DNA from: an uncultured Acidobacteriaceae bacterium
Lineage (GTDB): Bacteria > Acidobacteriota > Terriglobia > Terriglobales > Acidobacteriaceae
DNA length: 64,000 bases
Direction of reading: 5' to 3'
NCBI GenBank assembly: GCA_963782775.1
Contig: CAWALE010000008.1
Span: forward strand, 172,619 to 236,618
In this document: positions 10,325 to 18,558 of the stretch, piece after piece
How positions within the stretch are numbered: the stretch's first letter is position 1
How the letters are laid out: each line of letters begins with the position of its first letter
Program-made: the position numbers and the translations under genes
The notes under the pieces: generated by a model
Told to the model about the DNA's origin: nothing
Seen by the model: the letters and a program-made list of their open reading frames with translations, nothing else
Database searches by the model: none

Positions 10325-10993
10325 ATGAAACACACACTCATAACCGTAGCCGCGCTGGCGTCTTGCCTCGCGCTCAATGCCGCCGCTCAATCGAACGCCG
10401 TCTCCGCCGCTGCGCCGGCTGCGCAGGTACCTGCTGGACCGCCGAAGATCGCCGTGATCAGCTTCCAGGAAGCAGTTGCTCAAACCAACGACTTCCAGCG
10501 CCGCTTCGCCGACCTCCAGAAAAAGTATGACCCAAAGCGCCAGCAGATCAAGACGCTGAGCGACGAGATCGCCGGTCTGCAAAAGGATCTCCAGGCTCAG
10601 GCCGCGACCATGACCGATACTGACCGCGCAACCAAGGCCAAGCTTCTCGATAGCAAGCAGAAGGAACTGAAGCGTACCGGCGATGATGCGCAGGCCGACT
10701 TCCAGCAGGACATGCAGCAGACCTTCGGCGCTGTGGCCGGGAAGTTTGCCGAAACACTGGACGCCTACGCCGCGGAGCATGGGTTCACGGTCGTGCTCGA
10801 CAACGGCAACCAGCAGCTCCCTCTCGTGATTTACAACAACCCCTCGGTCGATATCTCGAAGCCCGTCATCGAAGCCTACAACACCAAGTCTGGCATCCCG
10901 GCGCCTGAGCATCCGGCTGCGGCTCCCGGAGCAAGGGGAACGGCTCCTGCCAGGACGACCCCTGGGGCTCCAAAGCCAACCGGCGCTCACTAA
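10325..10993 (+). CDS. skp: OmpH/Skp periplasmic chaperone, paralog 1
   Basis: Signal peptide, 'KIAVISFQEAV', coiled-coil body, 'GFTVVLD' and 'VDISKPVIEAYN'; lies directly after bamA. Confidence 0.88.
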   Translation: MKHTLITVAALASCLALNAAAQSNAVSAAAPAAQVPAGPPKIAVISFQEAVAQTNDFQRRFADLQKKYDPKRQQIKTLSDEIAGLQKDLQAQAATMTDTDRATKAKLLDSKQKELKRTGDDAQADFQQDMQQTFGAVAGKFAETLDAYAAEHGFTVVLDNGNQQLPLVIYNNPSVDISKPVIEAYNTKSGIPAPEHPAAAPGARGTAPARTTPGAPKPTGAH

Positions 10994-11011
10994 GCTCTAA
11001 CGCTGTTTTAC

Positions 11012-11042
11012 AAAAGGCCCCGCGCGCGCGGGGCCTTTTTTC
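11012..11042. terminator. Palindromic intrinsic terminator after skp1
   Basis: AAAAGGCCCCGCGCGCGCGGGGCCTTTTTT. Confidence 0.85.
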
Positions 11043-11055
11043 TGCGCAAAGCCTC

Positions 11056-11133
11056 TCTTCTAGTCCCTATTCCCTAGTTCCTATTCCCTCTTCTCAGTCA
11101 CCAGTTACCTATTCCCTGATTCCCAGTTTCCTG
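11056..11133. repeat. Degenerate 7-mer tandem repeat (CCCTATT/CCCTGAT/CCCTAGT type)
   Basis: TCCCTATTCCCTAGTTCCTATTCCCT...ACCTATTCCCTGATTCCCAGTTTCCTG. Related tracts at ~10086-10118, 18562-18589 and 21926-21944. Confidence 0.6.
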
Positions 11134-11137
11134 CCGA

Positions 11138-11166
11138 TTGACCCTCCCACCCAGCCCCCCTATAAT
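11138..11166 (+). promoter_or_regulatory. Sigma-70 promoter of skp2
   Basis: TTGACC (11138-11143), 17-bp spacer, TATAAT (11161-11166). Confidence 0.85.
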
Positions 11167-11172
11167 CCATCT

Positions 11173-11348
11173 AGTTCCTGCTGATGTTTCCGTCTGCTTC
11201 TTTTCTCGGCTTTGCTTCCGTCTAATGGAAGTCCCTCGAGAAAATTTGTTGCGAGGTTTCTCAGAGGGCGCGCGCGGAGAAGGTGCCGTTCAAACTCCAA
11301 ACTTGAATGCGCGGAGCCCCAGGAATTTCTAAGGAGTTTTCAAGTCGA
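11173..11348 (+). ncRNA. Candidate structured cis-regulatory 5' leader of skp2
   Basis: P1 AGTTCCTG/CAGGAATT, P2 CTGA/TCAG, P3 GGGC/GCCC. Homologous to 10159-10324. Confidence 0.65.
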
Positions 11349-11999
11349 ATGAAGCGCTCTCTTGCATTAGCTCTCACGCTGGCCTCAGGCCTTGCCCTGA
11401 CTGCCGCCGCCCAAACGCCGTCCGCTCCCGATGCCGCTGCTGCCGCCCCCGCGGGCCCAGCCAAAATCGCGGTCATCGCATTTCAGGTTGCCGTCGCGCA
11501 GACCAACGAGGGACAGCGCAGCTTTGCCGACCTGCAGCGCAAATACCAGCCAAAGCAGGTGCAGCTCAAAGCTCTGAACGATGAAATCGAAAGCTTGACC
11601 AAGCAGCTCCAGGCCCAGGGCGACAAGCTCAGTGAACCTGAACGCGCAGCCCGTGCCAAAACCATCGACGACAAAAAGAAGCAGCTCGATCGCTCCGCAG
11701 AAGATGCCCAGAACGATATGCAAAACGAGATGCAGGAGCTTTACGGTGCACTCGCTTCCAAGGTCTACGACGTTCTCAACGACTACGTGAAAAAGAACAG
11801 CTACACGCTGGTCCTCGACTTCTCGCAGCAGCAGAACCCCGTGCTCTACGCCGCCGATTCCACCAACATCACCAAGGCCATCATCGATGCCTACAATGTG
11901 AAGTCCGGCGTGCCCGCCCCGACGACGCCCGCTGCGGGAGTAACACCCGTGCCGTCCGCTCCCAGGCCTGCAGCTCCGAAGCCCACAACTCCGCAGTAG
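11349..11999 (+). CDS. skp: OmpH/Skp periplasmic chaperone, paralog 2
   Basis: AAGGAG RBS, signal peptide, 'KIAVIAFQVAVAQTNEGQR', 'YTLVLD' and 'TNITKAIIDAYN'. Confidence 0.88.
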   Translation: MKRSLALALTLASGLALTAAAQTPSAPDAAAAAPAGPAKIAVIAFQVAVAQTNEGQRSFADLQRKYQPKQVQLKALNDEIESLTKQLQAQGDKLSEPERAARAKTIDDKKKQLDRSAEDAQNDMQNEMQELYGALASKVYDVLNDYVKKNSYTLVLDFSQQQNPVLYAADSTNITKAIIDAYNVKSGVPAPTTPAAGVTPVPSAPRPAAPKPTTPQ

Positions 12000-12029
12000 T
12001 TTCGAGCTTCGGCAGCTTCCGCAATATCG

Positions 12030-12062
12030 AAAAGAAGGCCCCGGATCTCGGGGCCTTTCTTC
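12030..12062. terminator. Intrinsic terminator after skp2 (possibly bidirectional)
   Basis: AAAAGAAGGCCCC-GGATCTC-GGGGCCTTTCTTC. Confidence 0.75.
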
Positions 12063-12130
12063 ATGTGGTTTAAGCCGGATTCCACCGAATTACGGGCGAT
12101 CAGCCCTGCCGAAAACGCCCTCGAACCGCC

Positions 12131-12343
12131 TGTGGAAAAATTTGTGGATATCGGAGCGCGCGATCCACACAAAAAAACGTATTTCCTCACTTGTCAATTT
12201 CTATGCGCTCTGATAAACCTAGAAAGCCCTTTATTTATCTATCAGAAACGCAGCCTGCACCAGCCATGCTGCGGATTTTCCGCGCGCACACCCCGCCCCT
12301 GTCTAGCAATGAGCTTTCCACAATTCCCCATGAACAGTTGATA
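12131..12343. promoter_or_regulatory. Cluster of DnaA-box-like 9-mers around an AT-rich tract
   Basis: TGTGGAAAA (12131, reverse TTTTCCACA), TGTGGATAT (12143), CGATCCACA (12161) and CTTTCCACA (12314), in a convergent intergenic region. Confidence 0.5.
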
Positions 12344-12375
12344 AATGCGATGTAAGCTCGGTCACCATTTGAGGG

Positions 12376-14187
12376 TTACTTCTGCTGGTCTTCCCCTACC
12401 CGCAAGACCGCCAGAAAGGCCTCCTGTGGAATGTCCACTTTGCCAATCCGTTTCATCCGCTTTTTGCCTTCCTTCTGTTTCTCCAAAAGCTTGCGTTTTC
12501 TGGAGATATCGCCGCCGTAGCACTTGGCCAGGACGTTCTTTCTGAGGGGGCTCACCGTCTCACGCGCGACCACTTTGGCCCCGATTGCTGCCTGGATCGC
12601 TACCTCGAACTGCTGCCGCGGAATCAGCTCCCGCATCTTCGAAACCAGCGCCTTGCCACGCTCGTAGGCAAAGTCCCGATGCACGATGATCGACAGCGCA
12701 TCCACCGGCTCGCCGGATACCAGAATATCCAGCTTCACCATCGGCGACTCCCACTCGCCCGCCAGCGAATAATCCAGCGAAGCATATCCGCGCGAGATCG
12801 ACTTTAGTCTGTCGTAGAAATCCAGCACAATCTCGTTCAGCGGCAACTCGTACGTCAGCAAAACCCGTGTGGGCGTCACGTACTCAAAGTTCATCTGCTT
12901 GCCGCGCTTCTCCTCCACCAGCTTGAAAATCCCGCCGACATATTCCTCGTTGGTCAGGATCTTCGCCGTGATCACCGGCTCGCGAATCGCATCAATATTT
13001 GTCGGCTCTGGCCAACGCGAAGGATTGTCCACTTCCATCACCGACCCGTCTGTCATGGTGATGTGGTAGCGCACCCCCGGAGCCGTCGTAATCAGGTCCA
13101 GCTCGTACTCGCGCTCCAGGCGCTCTTGGATGATCTCCATGTGCAGCAGCCCCAGGAATCCGCAGCGAAACCCGAACCCCAGCGCTGCCGAGCTCTCCGG
13201 CTCGAAGAAGAATGACGAGTCATTCAGCCGCAACTTTTCCAGCGCATCGCGCAACAGCGTGTGTTCGTGCGAGTCCACCGTGTAGAGTCCCGCAAATACC
13301 ATCGGCTTGATGTCTTCAAATCCCGGCAACTGCTCTGCCGCGGGACGGCTTTCTTCCGTAACCGTATCGCCGATACGCGTGTCGCTTACCGTCTTGATGG
13401 TTGCCGCGAAGAATCCAACCTCTCCCGCCGAAAGCTCGGCAATCTCCACTGGCTTCGGCATCAGCACGCCCATCGACTCAACCTCGAACGATTTCCCGTT
13501 CGACATCAGCCGAATCCGCTGCCCCTTGCGCATCGTTCCCTGCATCACGCGCACCAGTACAATCACGCCGCGATACGCATCGAACCACGAATCGAAAATC
13601 AGTGCCTGCAGCGGCGCATCAGGATCACCGGTCGGCGGAGGAAGCCGATGCACAATCGCCTCCAGCACTTCATCCACGCCCTGCCCAGTCTTCGCGCTCA
13701 CCGGAATCGCATCGGTGGCGTCGAGACCCACCGCCATCTCGATCGCCTCCTGGGTCCGCACAATGTCGGCCGAGGGCAGATCGATCTTGTTGATCACCGG
13801 AATAATGTCAAGTCCGTGATTGATGGCCAGATAGGCATTCGCCAGCGTCTGCGCCTCCACGCCCTGGGTCGCATCCACCACCAGCAGCGCGCCTTCGCAC
13901 GATGCCAGCGAACGGGAAACCTCGTAGCTGAAATCCACGTGCCCCGGTGTGTCAATCAGGTTCAGTTGATACGTCTGCCCGTCGCGCGCCTTGTACATCA
14001 TTCGTACTGCATGAGCCTTGATGGTGATGCCCCGCTCGCGCTCCAGGTCCATGGCGTCAAGAATCTGCGCCTGCATCTCACGGCCGGTCACTGAGCCCGT
14101 CAGTTCAAGCAAGCGATCGCTGAGCGTCGACTTCCCATGGTCGATATGGGCAATAATTGCGAAATTGCGGAGGTATTTTACGTCCAT
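12376..14187 (-). CDS. lepA: Elongation factor 4 (LepA)
   Basis: '[20 protein letters not shown]', '[18 protein letters not shown]', '[25 protein letters not shown]'. Confidence 0.99.
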   Translation of the reverse strand: MDVKYLRNFAIIAHIDHGKSTLSDRLLELTGSVTGREMQAQILDAMDLERERGITIKAHAVRMMYKARDGQTYQLNLIDTPGHVDFSYEVSRSLASCEGALLVVDATQGVEAQTLANAYLAINHGLDIIPVINKIDLPSADIVRTQEAIEMAVGLDATDAIPVSAKTGQGVDEVLEAIVHRLPPPTGDPDAPLQALIFDSWFDAYRGVIVLVRVMQGTMRKGQRIRLMSNGKSFEVESMGVLMPKPVEIAELSAGEVGFFAATIKTVSDTRIGDTVTEESRPAAEQLPGFEDIKPMVFAGLYTVDSHEHTLLRDALEKLRLNDSSFFFEPESSAALGFGFRCGFLGLLHMEIIQERLEREYELDLITTAPGVRYHITMTDGSVMEVDNPSRWPEPTNIDAIREPVITAKILTNEEYVGGIFKLVEEKRGKQMNFEYVTPTRVLLTYELPLNEIVLDFYDRLKSISRGYASLDYSLAGEWESPMVKLDILVSGEPVDALSIIVHRDFAYERGKALVSKMRELIPRQQFEVAIQAAIGAKVVARETVSPLRKNVLAKCYGGDISRKRKLLEKQKEGKKRMKRIGKVDIPQEAFLAVLRVGEDQQK

Positions 14188-14269
14188 CAGGGGTAGGTAA
14201 TCGTTGGCGAAGAGGTACTAAAGTCAGCGATGTCTCTAGGTCATAGCTTATCATCGGCATAGTGCCTTG

Positions 14270-14380
14270 AATCGGTCTCATATAAACTGCAACGACGTGC
14301 AGGGAGAGAGATGAGCCCCGCCTCGATGGCGGGTCTCACAGTCGGCAAACGAAGCAATCGAGGCATTTATGAGACCGATT
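14270..14380. repeat. 13-bp perfect inverted repeat in the lepA/mltD divergent intergenic region
   Basis: AATCGGTCTCATA (14270-14282) and TATGAGACCGATT (14368-14380). Confidence 0.7.
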
Positions 14381-14513
14381 GTTCCGCGCTTTGGGGTATA
14401 ACCGTCTCATCGCCAAATCGATACTCATTTCGACGACTACAGCCAGTCTCTTAAATGGCAACAAGCGATTTATGAGATGGGTTCAAGTGTTGTCACAGCA
14501 ATTATCGTTGCGC

Positions 14514-16385
14514 ATGATTTTGAATCGCCTGGATAAGCTTGGCTCCGCTGCACTGGCCCTCACGCTGGCCGTCTCGCTGTCGGGATGCGACCCACCCAAA
14601 CCCGCGTCTGTTGCAACTCCTGCTTCTCAGGCCTTCGCTCCGGCACTCACGGCGCCCGCAAGACAACAGGCACCCGAGCCGCCTGTGCAGCCAACTCCCT
14701 CGCAGCAGCGCGTGCAGACGCTGATCAAGGAGGTTGAGAAAGCCTACTCTCTCGGAGAAGCCGCATACAAACGTGGCAACTTGCCCGAAGCCCGCTCCAA
14801 CTTCGATAAAGCCGTCGACCTGATGCTCACGAGCGGAATCGACATCAAATCCACTCAACCGCTACAGGACGAATTCGACCGCATTATCGACCAAATCAAC
14901 TCGCTCGAAATGGAAGCCCTGAAGCAAGGCAATGGCTTTACCCCCAAGACAGAAGACACTCCCGCCGAGGCCGCCAACGACGTCACCTTTGTCGTCGACC
15001 CCAACATCGTGGCCAAGGCCAACGCCGACCTCGCCACCACCAAGTCGGATCTGCCCCTCGTTGTTAACGACTACGTCGCGTCCTACATCAACTTCTTCGC
15101 CAACACCACCAAGGGCCACAACACCCTGCTTCACTCCTTCCAGCGCGCCGGGCGCTATCGGGCCATGATTCAACGCGTCATGAGCGAAGAGGGCGTTCCG
15201 CAGGATCTGATCTACCTAGCCGTTGCTGAGTCTGGATTTCAGCCCCGGGCAGTCAACCCTCGCTCGCGTGCCGGTGGCATGTGGCAGTTCATGCCCCATG
15301 GCAACTACGGCCTCACCCGCAACCAATACGTCGACGAGCGCTTCGATCCTGAAAAATCCACCCGCGCCTACGCCCGTTACATGAAGTACATCTACGCGCA
15401 GCTCGGCGACTGGTACCTTTCCATGGCCGGATACGACTGGGGTACCGGCAACGTCCAACGGGCCGTTCAGAAAACGGGTTACGCTGATTTTTGGGAACTC
15501 TACAGGCGCAACAACCTTCCCGGCGAAACCAAAAACTACGTACCCGAAATCCTCGCCGCCATCATCATCGCCAACCACCCCACTCAATACGGCTTCGACG
15601 AAATCACCCTCGACCCGCCCGTCCTCACAGATACGGTCACCATCAACTACTCCGCCGATCTGCGTCTGGTCTCTGACATTGTGGGTGCTCCGATCGACGA
15701 GCTCATCGCTCTCAATCCGAGCCTTCTGCGTCTCCTTACTCCGCCCGATACCGGGTTCGATCTGCACCTGCCCGCCGGCACCGCCGCTCTCTTCCAGGAA
15801 AAGATCGCTGCCATTCCCGAAAGCAAGCGCAACTCCTGGCGCTATCACAAGGTCACGCCGGATGACACGCTCGCTTCGATTGCTCACACCTACAGCGTTT
15901 CGGTTTCCGCACTTGCCCAAGCCAATCAGCTTGAACAGACTGGTAAGCTCGATGGCGTTGAGGCAATCGTCGTGCCGGTCGCGCCGGCTGCCGCCCCGTC
16001 CGCGCACACTGTCTACTACACCACCCGCCGCGGAGACACCCTGGTCTCCGTAGCCGACCGATTCGGCATCTCGCTCACCCAGCTCCGTCGCTGGAACAAG
16101 CTGCCCGCCAGCGGTATCAAGATCGCCGCGGGCCGCCGCCTCCACGTTGCCGAACCCGCCCTGGTCCGCACCAGCAGCAGCCACAGTCGCCACGGCAAGG
16201 GCAAGACCAGCACTTCCGCCGGTGTAGCCACCTCCGGTTCTCACAGTTCTCGATCGAAGACATCCTCATCCCATGCGAGCCACACTACGCAAACCTCAAA
16301 GGCCGCATCGTCGAAAAGCACGAAGAGCGCGGGTTCCACGAAGCATCCTTCGCATTCAAAAACATCCACGACCGCGCAAAAATAA
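14514..16385 (+). CDS. MltD-like lytic transglycosylase lipoprotein (SLT domain + 2 LysM)
   Basis: Lipobox LSGC; SLT motifs 'LAVAESG', 'AGGMWQFM', 'ETKNYVP'; LysM 'DTLASIA' and 'GDTLVSVADRFG'; Ser/Lys-rich tail. Confidence 0.9.
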   Translation: MILNRLDKLGSAALALTLAVSLSGCDPPKPASVATPASQAFAPALTAPARQQAPEPPVQPTPSQQRVQTLIKEVEKAYSLGEAAYKRGNLPEARSNFDKAVDLMLTSGIDIKSTQPLQDEFDRIIDQINSLEMEALKQGNGFTPKTEDTPAEAANDVTFVVDPNIVAKANADLATTKSDLPLVVNDYVASYINFFANTTKGHNTLLHSFQRAGRYRAMIQRVMSEEGVPQDLIYLAVAESGFQPRAVNPRSRAGGMWQFMPHGNYGLTRNQYVDERFDPEKSTRAYARYMKYIYAQLGDWYLSMAGYDWGTGNVQRAVQKTGYADFWELYRRNNLPGETKNYVPEILAAIIIANHPTQYGFDEITLDPPVLTDTVTINYSADLRLVSDIVGAPIDELIALNPSLLRLLTPPDTGFDLHLPAGTAALFQEKIAAIPESKRNSWRYHKVTPDDTLASIAHTYSVSVSALAQANQLEQTGKLDGVEAIVVPVAPAAAPSAHTVYYTTRRGDTLVSVADRFGISLTQLRRWNKLPASGIKIAAGRRLHVAEPALVRTSSSHSRHGKGKTSTSAGVATSGSHSSRSKTSSSHASHTTQTSKAASSKSTKSAGSTKHPSHSKTSTTAQK

Positions 16386-16528
16386 TCATCGACCCGTTTC
16401 TCTTCACCTGTTTTGATAGCTTTTCATTCGAGGTGTTGTTAGAATGACTCCGCATGCGGAGATGGTATTTCCGCACAGCAGAGATGCAAATCCCACTTGG
16501 GCAGCGGTGATCCGCTGGAGGCAATCGG

Positions 16529-17095
16529 ATGGACGAAGTGATCAAGATGTACGCGATGAATGACGGCGATTCGAATTTGGAGCCGGCTGAGTTGAGCGCC
16601 GATCACGATGAACTGGAAGAGGACGACGAGGTTGAAACTTCCAGCGTGCTCACCTCCTCCGACGACGACGATATTGTTGTCGAAGAAGGCGTGATTGTCG
16701 TGGAGCCAGAGCCAGTGGCAAAACCGGCCCGCAAAAAGGCCGTGAAGAAAGCTCCTGCCAAGAAGGCAGCGGCGAAAAAAGCCCCGGCCAAGAAGGCAAC
16801 GAAAAAGGCAGTTAAAAAGGTAGCCAAGAAGGCTGCCAAAAAAGCTCCGGCCAAAAAGGCCGCAAAGAAGTCCGCCAAGAAAACCGCTGGCGCTAAGGGC
16901 GGAAAGGCTGCGGCGAAAAAGTCCGTGGCGGGTAAGCGCGCTGGCAAAACCACAAAAAGAGGTAAGAAATTGGCAGTTAAGAAAGCAGCAAAAAAGGCTC
17001 CCGCCAAGAAGGCAGCGGCAAAGAAAGCTCCTGCAAAGAAGGCGGCTAAGAAGGCAGTCAAGAAGGCAACCAAGAAGACTGCAAAAAAGAAGTAA
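16529..17095 (+). CDS. Histone H1-like Lys/Ala-rich protein with an acidic N-terminal region
   Basis: GGAGG RBS; about 60 D/E-rich residues, then many KKAA/KKAP/KKAV repeats; followed by a terminator. Confidence 0.8.
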   Translation: MDEVIKMYAMNDGDSNLEPAELSADHDELEEDDEVETSSVLTSSDDDDIVVEEGVIVVEPEPVAKPARKKAVKKAPAKKAAAKKAPAKKATKKAVKKVAKKAAKKAPAKKAAKKSAKKTAGAKGGKAAAKKSVAGKRAGKTTKRGKKLAVKKAAKKAPAKKAAAKKAPAKKAAKKAVKKATKKTAKKK

Positions 17096-17121
17096 CCAGG
17101 CAACCGCAATTTTCAAAGGCA

Positions 17122-17158
17122 AGCAAAAATGCCCGGCATCCCGCCGGGCATTTTTGCG
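17122..17158. terminator. Bidirectional intrinsic terminator
   Basis: GCAAAAATGCCCGGC-ATCCC-GCCGGGCATTTTTGC. Confidence 0.85.
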
Positions 17159-17200
17159 TCCGCACATTTTGTTTACTCCCGCTTAGCAATGAACCCTCGC

Positions 17201-17231
17201 TACCCCATCCGCTCGAAGCATGGAGGGAAAG
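17201..17231 (+). repeat. REP-like palindromic element, degenerate copy
   Basis: TACCCCATCCGCTCGAAGCATGGAGGGAAAG; related to 17738-17771. Confidence 0.5.
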
Positions 17232-17238
17232 TTAGAAG

Positions 17239-17688
17239 CTAAGGACTAGAAGCTAGCAGTTGCTTTAGATGCCACCGCTGATGCGCCACATAATCCTCAA
17301 TCAAAAACCGCAGCGCCACCGGAGCATCTGCATCGAGTACGCATTCCGCCTCAAACCGAGATTCGGGAATGCGGTCCACGACTGCCATCAGGATTTCGTG
17401 CTCCGCTTCCCACCAGTTCAGAAGCGTCTCCCACGTCTGTTCGGCATAGCCATGAGAAGCAACCCAGGCATCCTGGTCATAATTTCGACCGTTGAAGAAT
17501 CCCTCGCTCGACGCCCGCACAAATCGTTGCCGGTTGTTCGTAGCTGAGTCGAGCAGATGGCCCACGATTTGCTTTCGCGTCCATCCACCTTCACGCCACG
17601 GCACATCCGCCAGCGCCATCGGAACCGACATCAGTTCCCGATGCACATCGTCCAACCCCGCGCGAAATGCCTGCGCCAGTTCTGTCAT
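17239..17688 (-). CDS. DinB family protein
   Basis: 'WTRKQIVGHLLDSATNNRQRFVR', 'YDQDAWV', 'LIEDYVAHQRWHLKQL' (His triad). Confidence 0.88.
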   Translation of the reverse strand: MTELAQAFRAGLDDVHRELMSVPMALADVPWREGGWTRKQIVGHLLDSATNNRQRFVRASSEGFFNGRNYDQDAWVASHGYAEQTWETLLNWWEAEHEILMAVVDRIPESRFEAECVLDADAPVALRFLIEDYVAHQRWHLKQLLASSP

Positions 17689-17737
17689 CTCGATCAACCT
17701 CGCAGTTCGCATGGCTTGCACCAAGCATGAAAAAACT

Positions 17738-17816
17738 GGGTGCTCCATCCATGCGAAGCATGGGTGAAAAGCTAAAAGCTGGGTGCCCCAGGTCTCGATT
17801 CTGAGACCTGGGAAAG
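17738..17816 (+). repeat. Tandem REP-like palindromic elements (GGGTGCYCCA-hairpin-GGGAAAG type)
   Basis: GGGTGCTCCATCCATGCGAAGCATGGGTGAAAAG and GGGTGCCCCAGGTCTCGATTCTGAGACCTGGGAAAG. Confidence 0.65.
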
Positions 17817-17841
17817 CTAACTAACATCCAACAGCTAAAGG

Positions 17842-18384
17842 CTAGCTCTTCTGCGCTTCCGCCAGCGCCGCCAGCACCTCTTCCGAATGCACCTGCGGAT
17901 TCACCTTCGTCCACACCTTCACAATCTTTCCCTTCGGGTCGATCAGGAACGTATTCCGAAGCGCAATCGTGTTGCCGTTGTAGTTGCCGACTGACCCGTA
18001 TTCATCCACAACCTTGTGCGCAGGATCGGCCAGCAGCTTGAACGTCAGCCCTTCCTTGGTGCAAAACTGCTTGTGACTGTCCGGCGTATCCACGCTCACG
18101 CCCACAATCACCGCGTTCGCCGCATCATACTTCGCCTGGTCGCGCTGGAAGTTGTGCGCTTCAATCGTGCAGCCCTGAGTCATGTCCTTCGGGTAGAAGT
18201 ACAGCACCACCCACTTGCCGCGAAAGCTATCCAGAGAAACCTGGCTACCATCCTGCGAAGGTAGTGTGAACGTGGGCGCCATCTGCCCTACCGAGGGCAT
18301 CGGTTCATCCGCCGCCCGCACCGTTACTAGAGAAACCGACAGCGCAATCGCCGTGGCAAACACAATCAGAATCGTCTTTTTCAT
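17842..18384 (-). CDS. Peroxiredoxin of the BCP/PrxQ family with an N-terminal signal peptide
   Basis: GGAGG RBS; 'MKKTILIVFATAIALSVSLVTVRA'; 'VVLYFYPKDMTQGCTIEA'; 'RNTFLID'. Confidence 0.9.
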   Translation of the reverse strand: MKKTILIVFATAIALSVSLVTVRAADEPMPSVGQMAPTFTLPSQDGSQVSLDSFRGKWVVLYFYPKDMTQGCTIEAHNFQRDQAKYDAANAVIVGVSVDTPDSHKQFCTKEGLTFKLLADPAHKVVDEYGSVGNYNGNTIALRNTFLIDPKGKIVKVWTKVNPQVHSEEVLAALAEAQKS

Positions 18385-18558
18385 CTGTAACCTCCTGTTG
18401 ATAAAAACGGGGATTAAACACCAGAGCCCAAGCCGACACAGGGGCGTGTTATTGAGACGCAGCGGGAAGAACCGGGGACGCCCCTGCTGCCCGTCAGTAT
18501 AGTTCCAGCCCCCTGAACGAATTGTCATCAAAAGGTCTGCCCGGTCAGCCGGTGTTTG

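Noticed and set aside
10159-11348. Known riboswitch (c-di-GMP, c-di-AMP, SAM, TPP, glycine, Mn, fluoride) in the skp leaders
   Set aside because: The signature nucleotides of those classes were not recognisable by eye; an Rfam scan is still needed.
12131-12343. oriC
   Set aside because: No dnaA/dnaN/gidA nearby and no evident skew inversion at this point; kept only as a DnaA-box cluster.
14226-14413. 6S RNA or SRP RNA
   Set aside because: The size and rod shape are suggestive, but I cannot find the conserved 6S central-bubble flanks or the SRP helix-8 motif, and the gene context is atypical.
16439-17167. Minus-strand ORFs 16603-17109 (FFAAFL repeats) and 16439-17167, resembling membrane proteins
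   Set aside because: Reverse-complement artefacts of the AAG/GCN-rich H1-like gene, which has the RBS and terminator.
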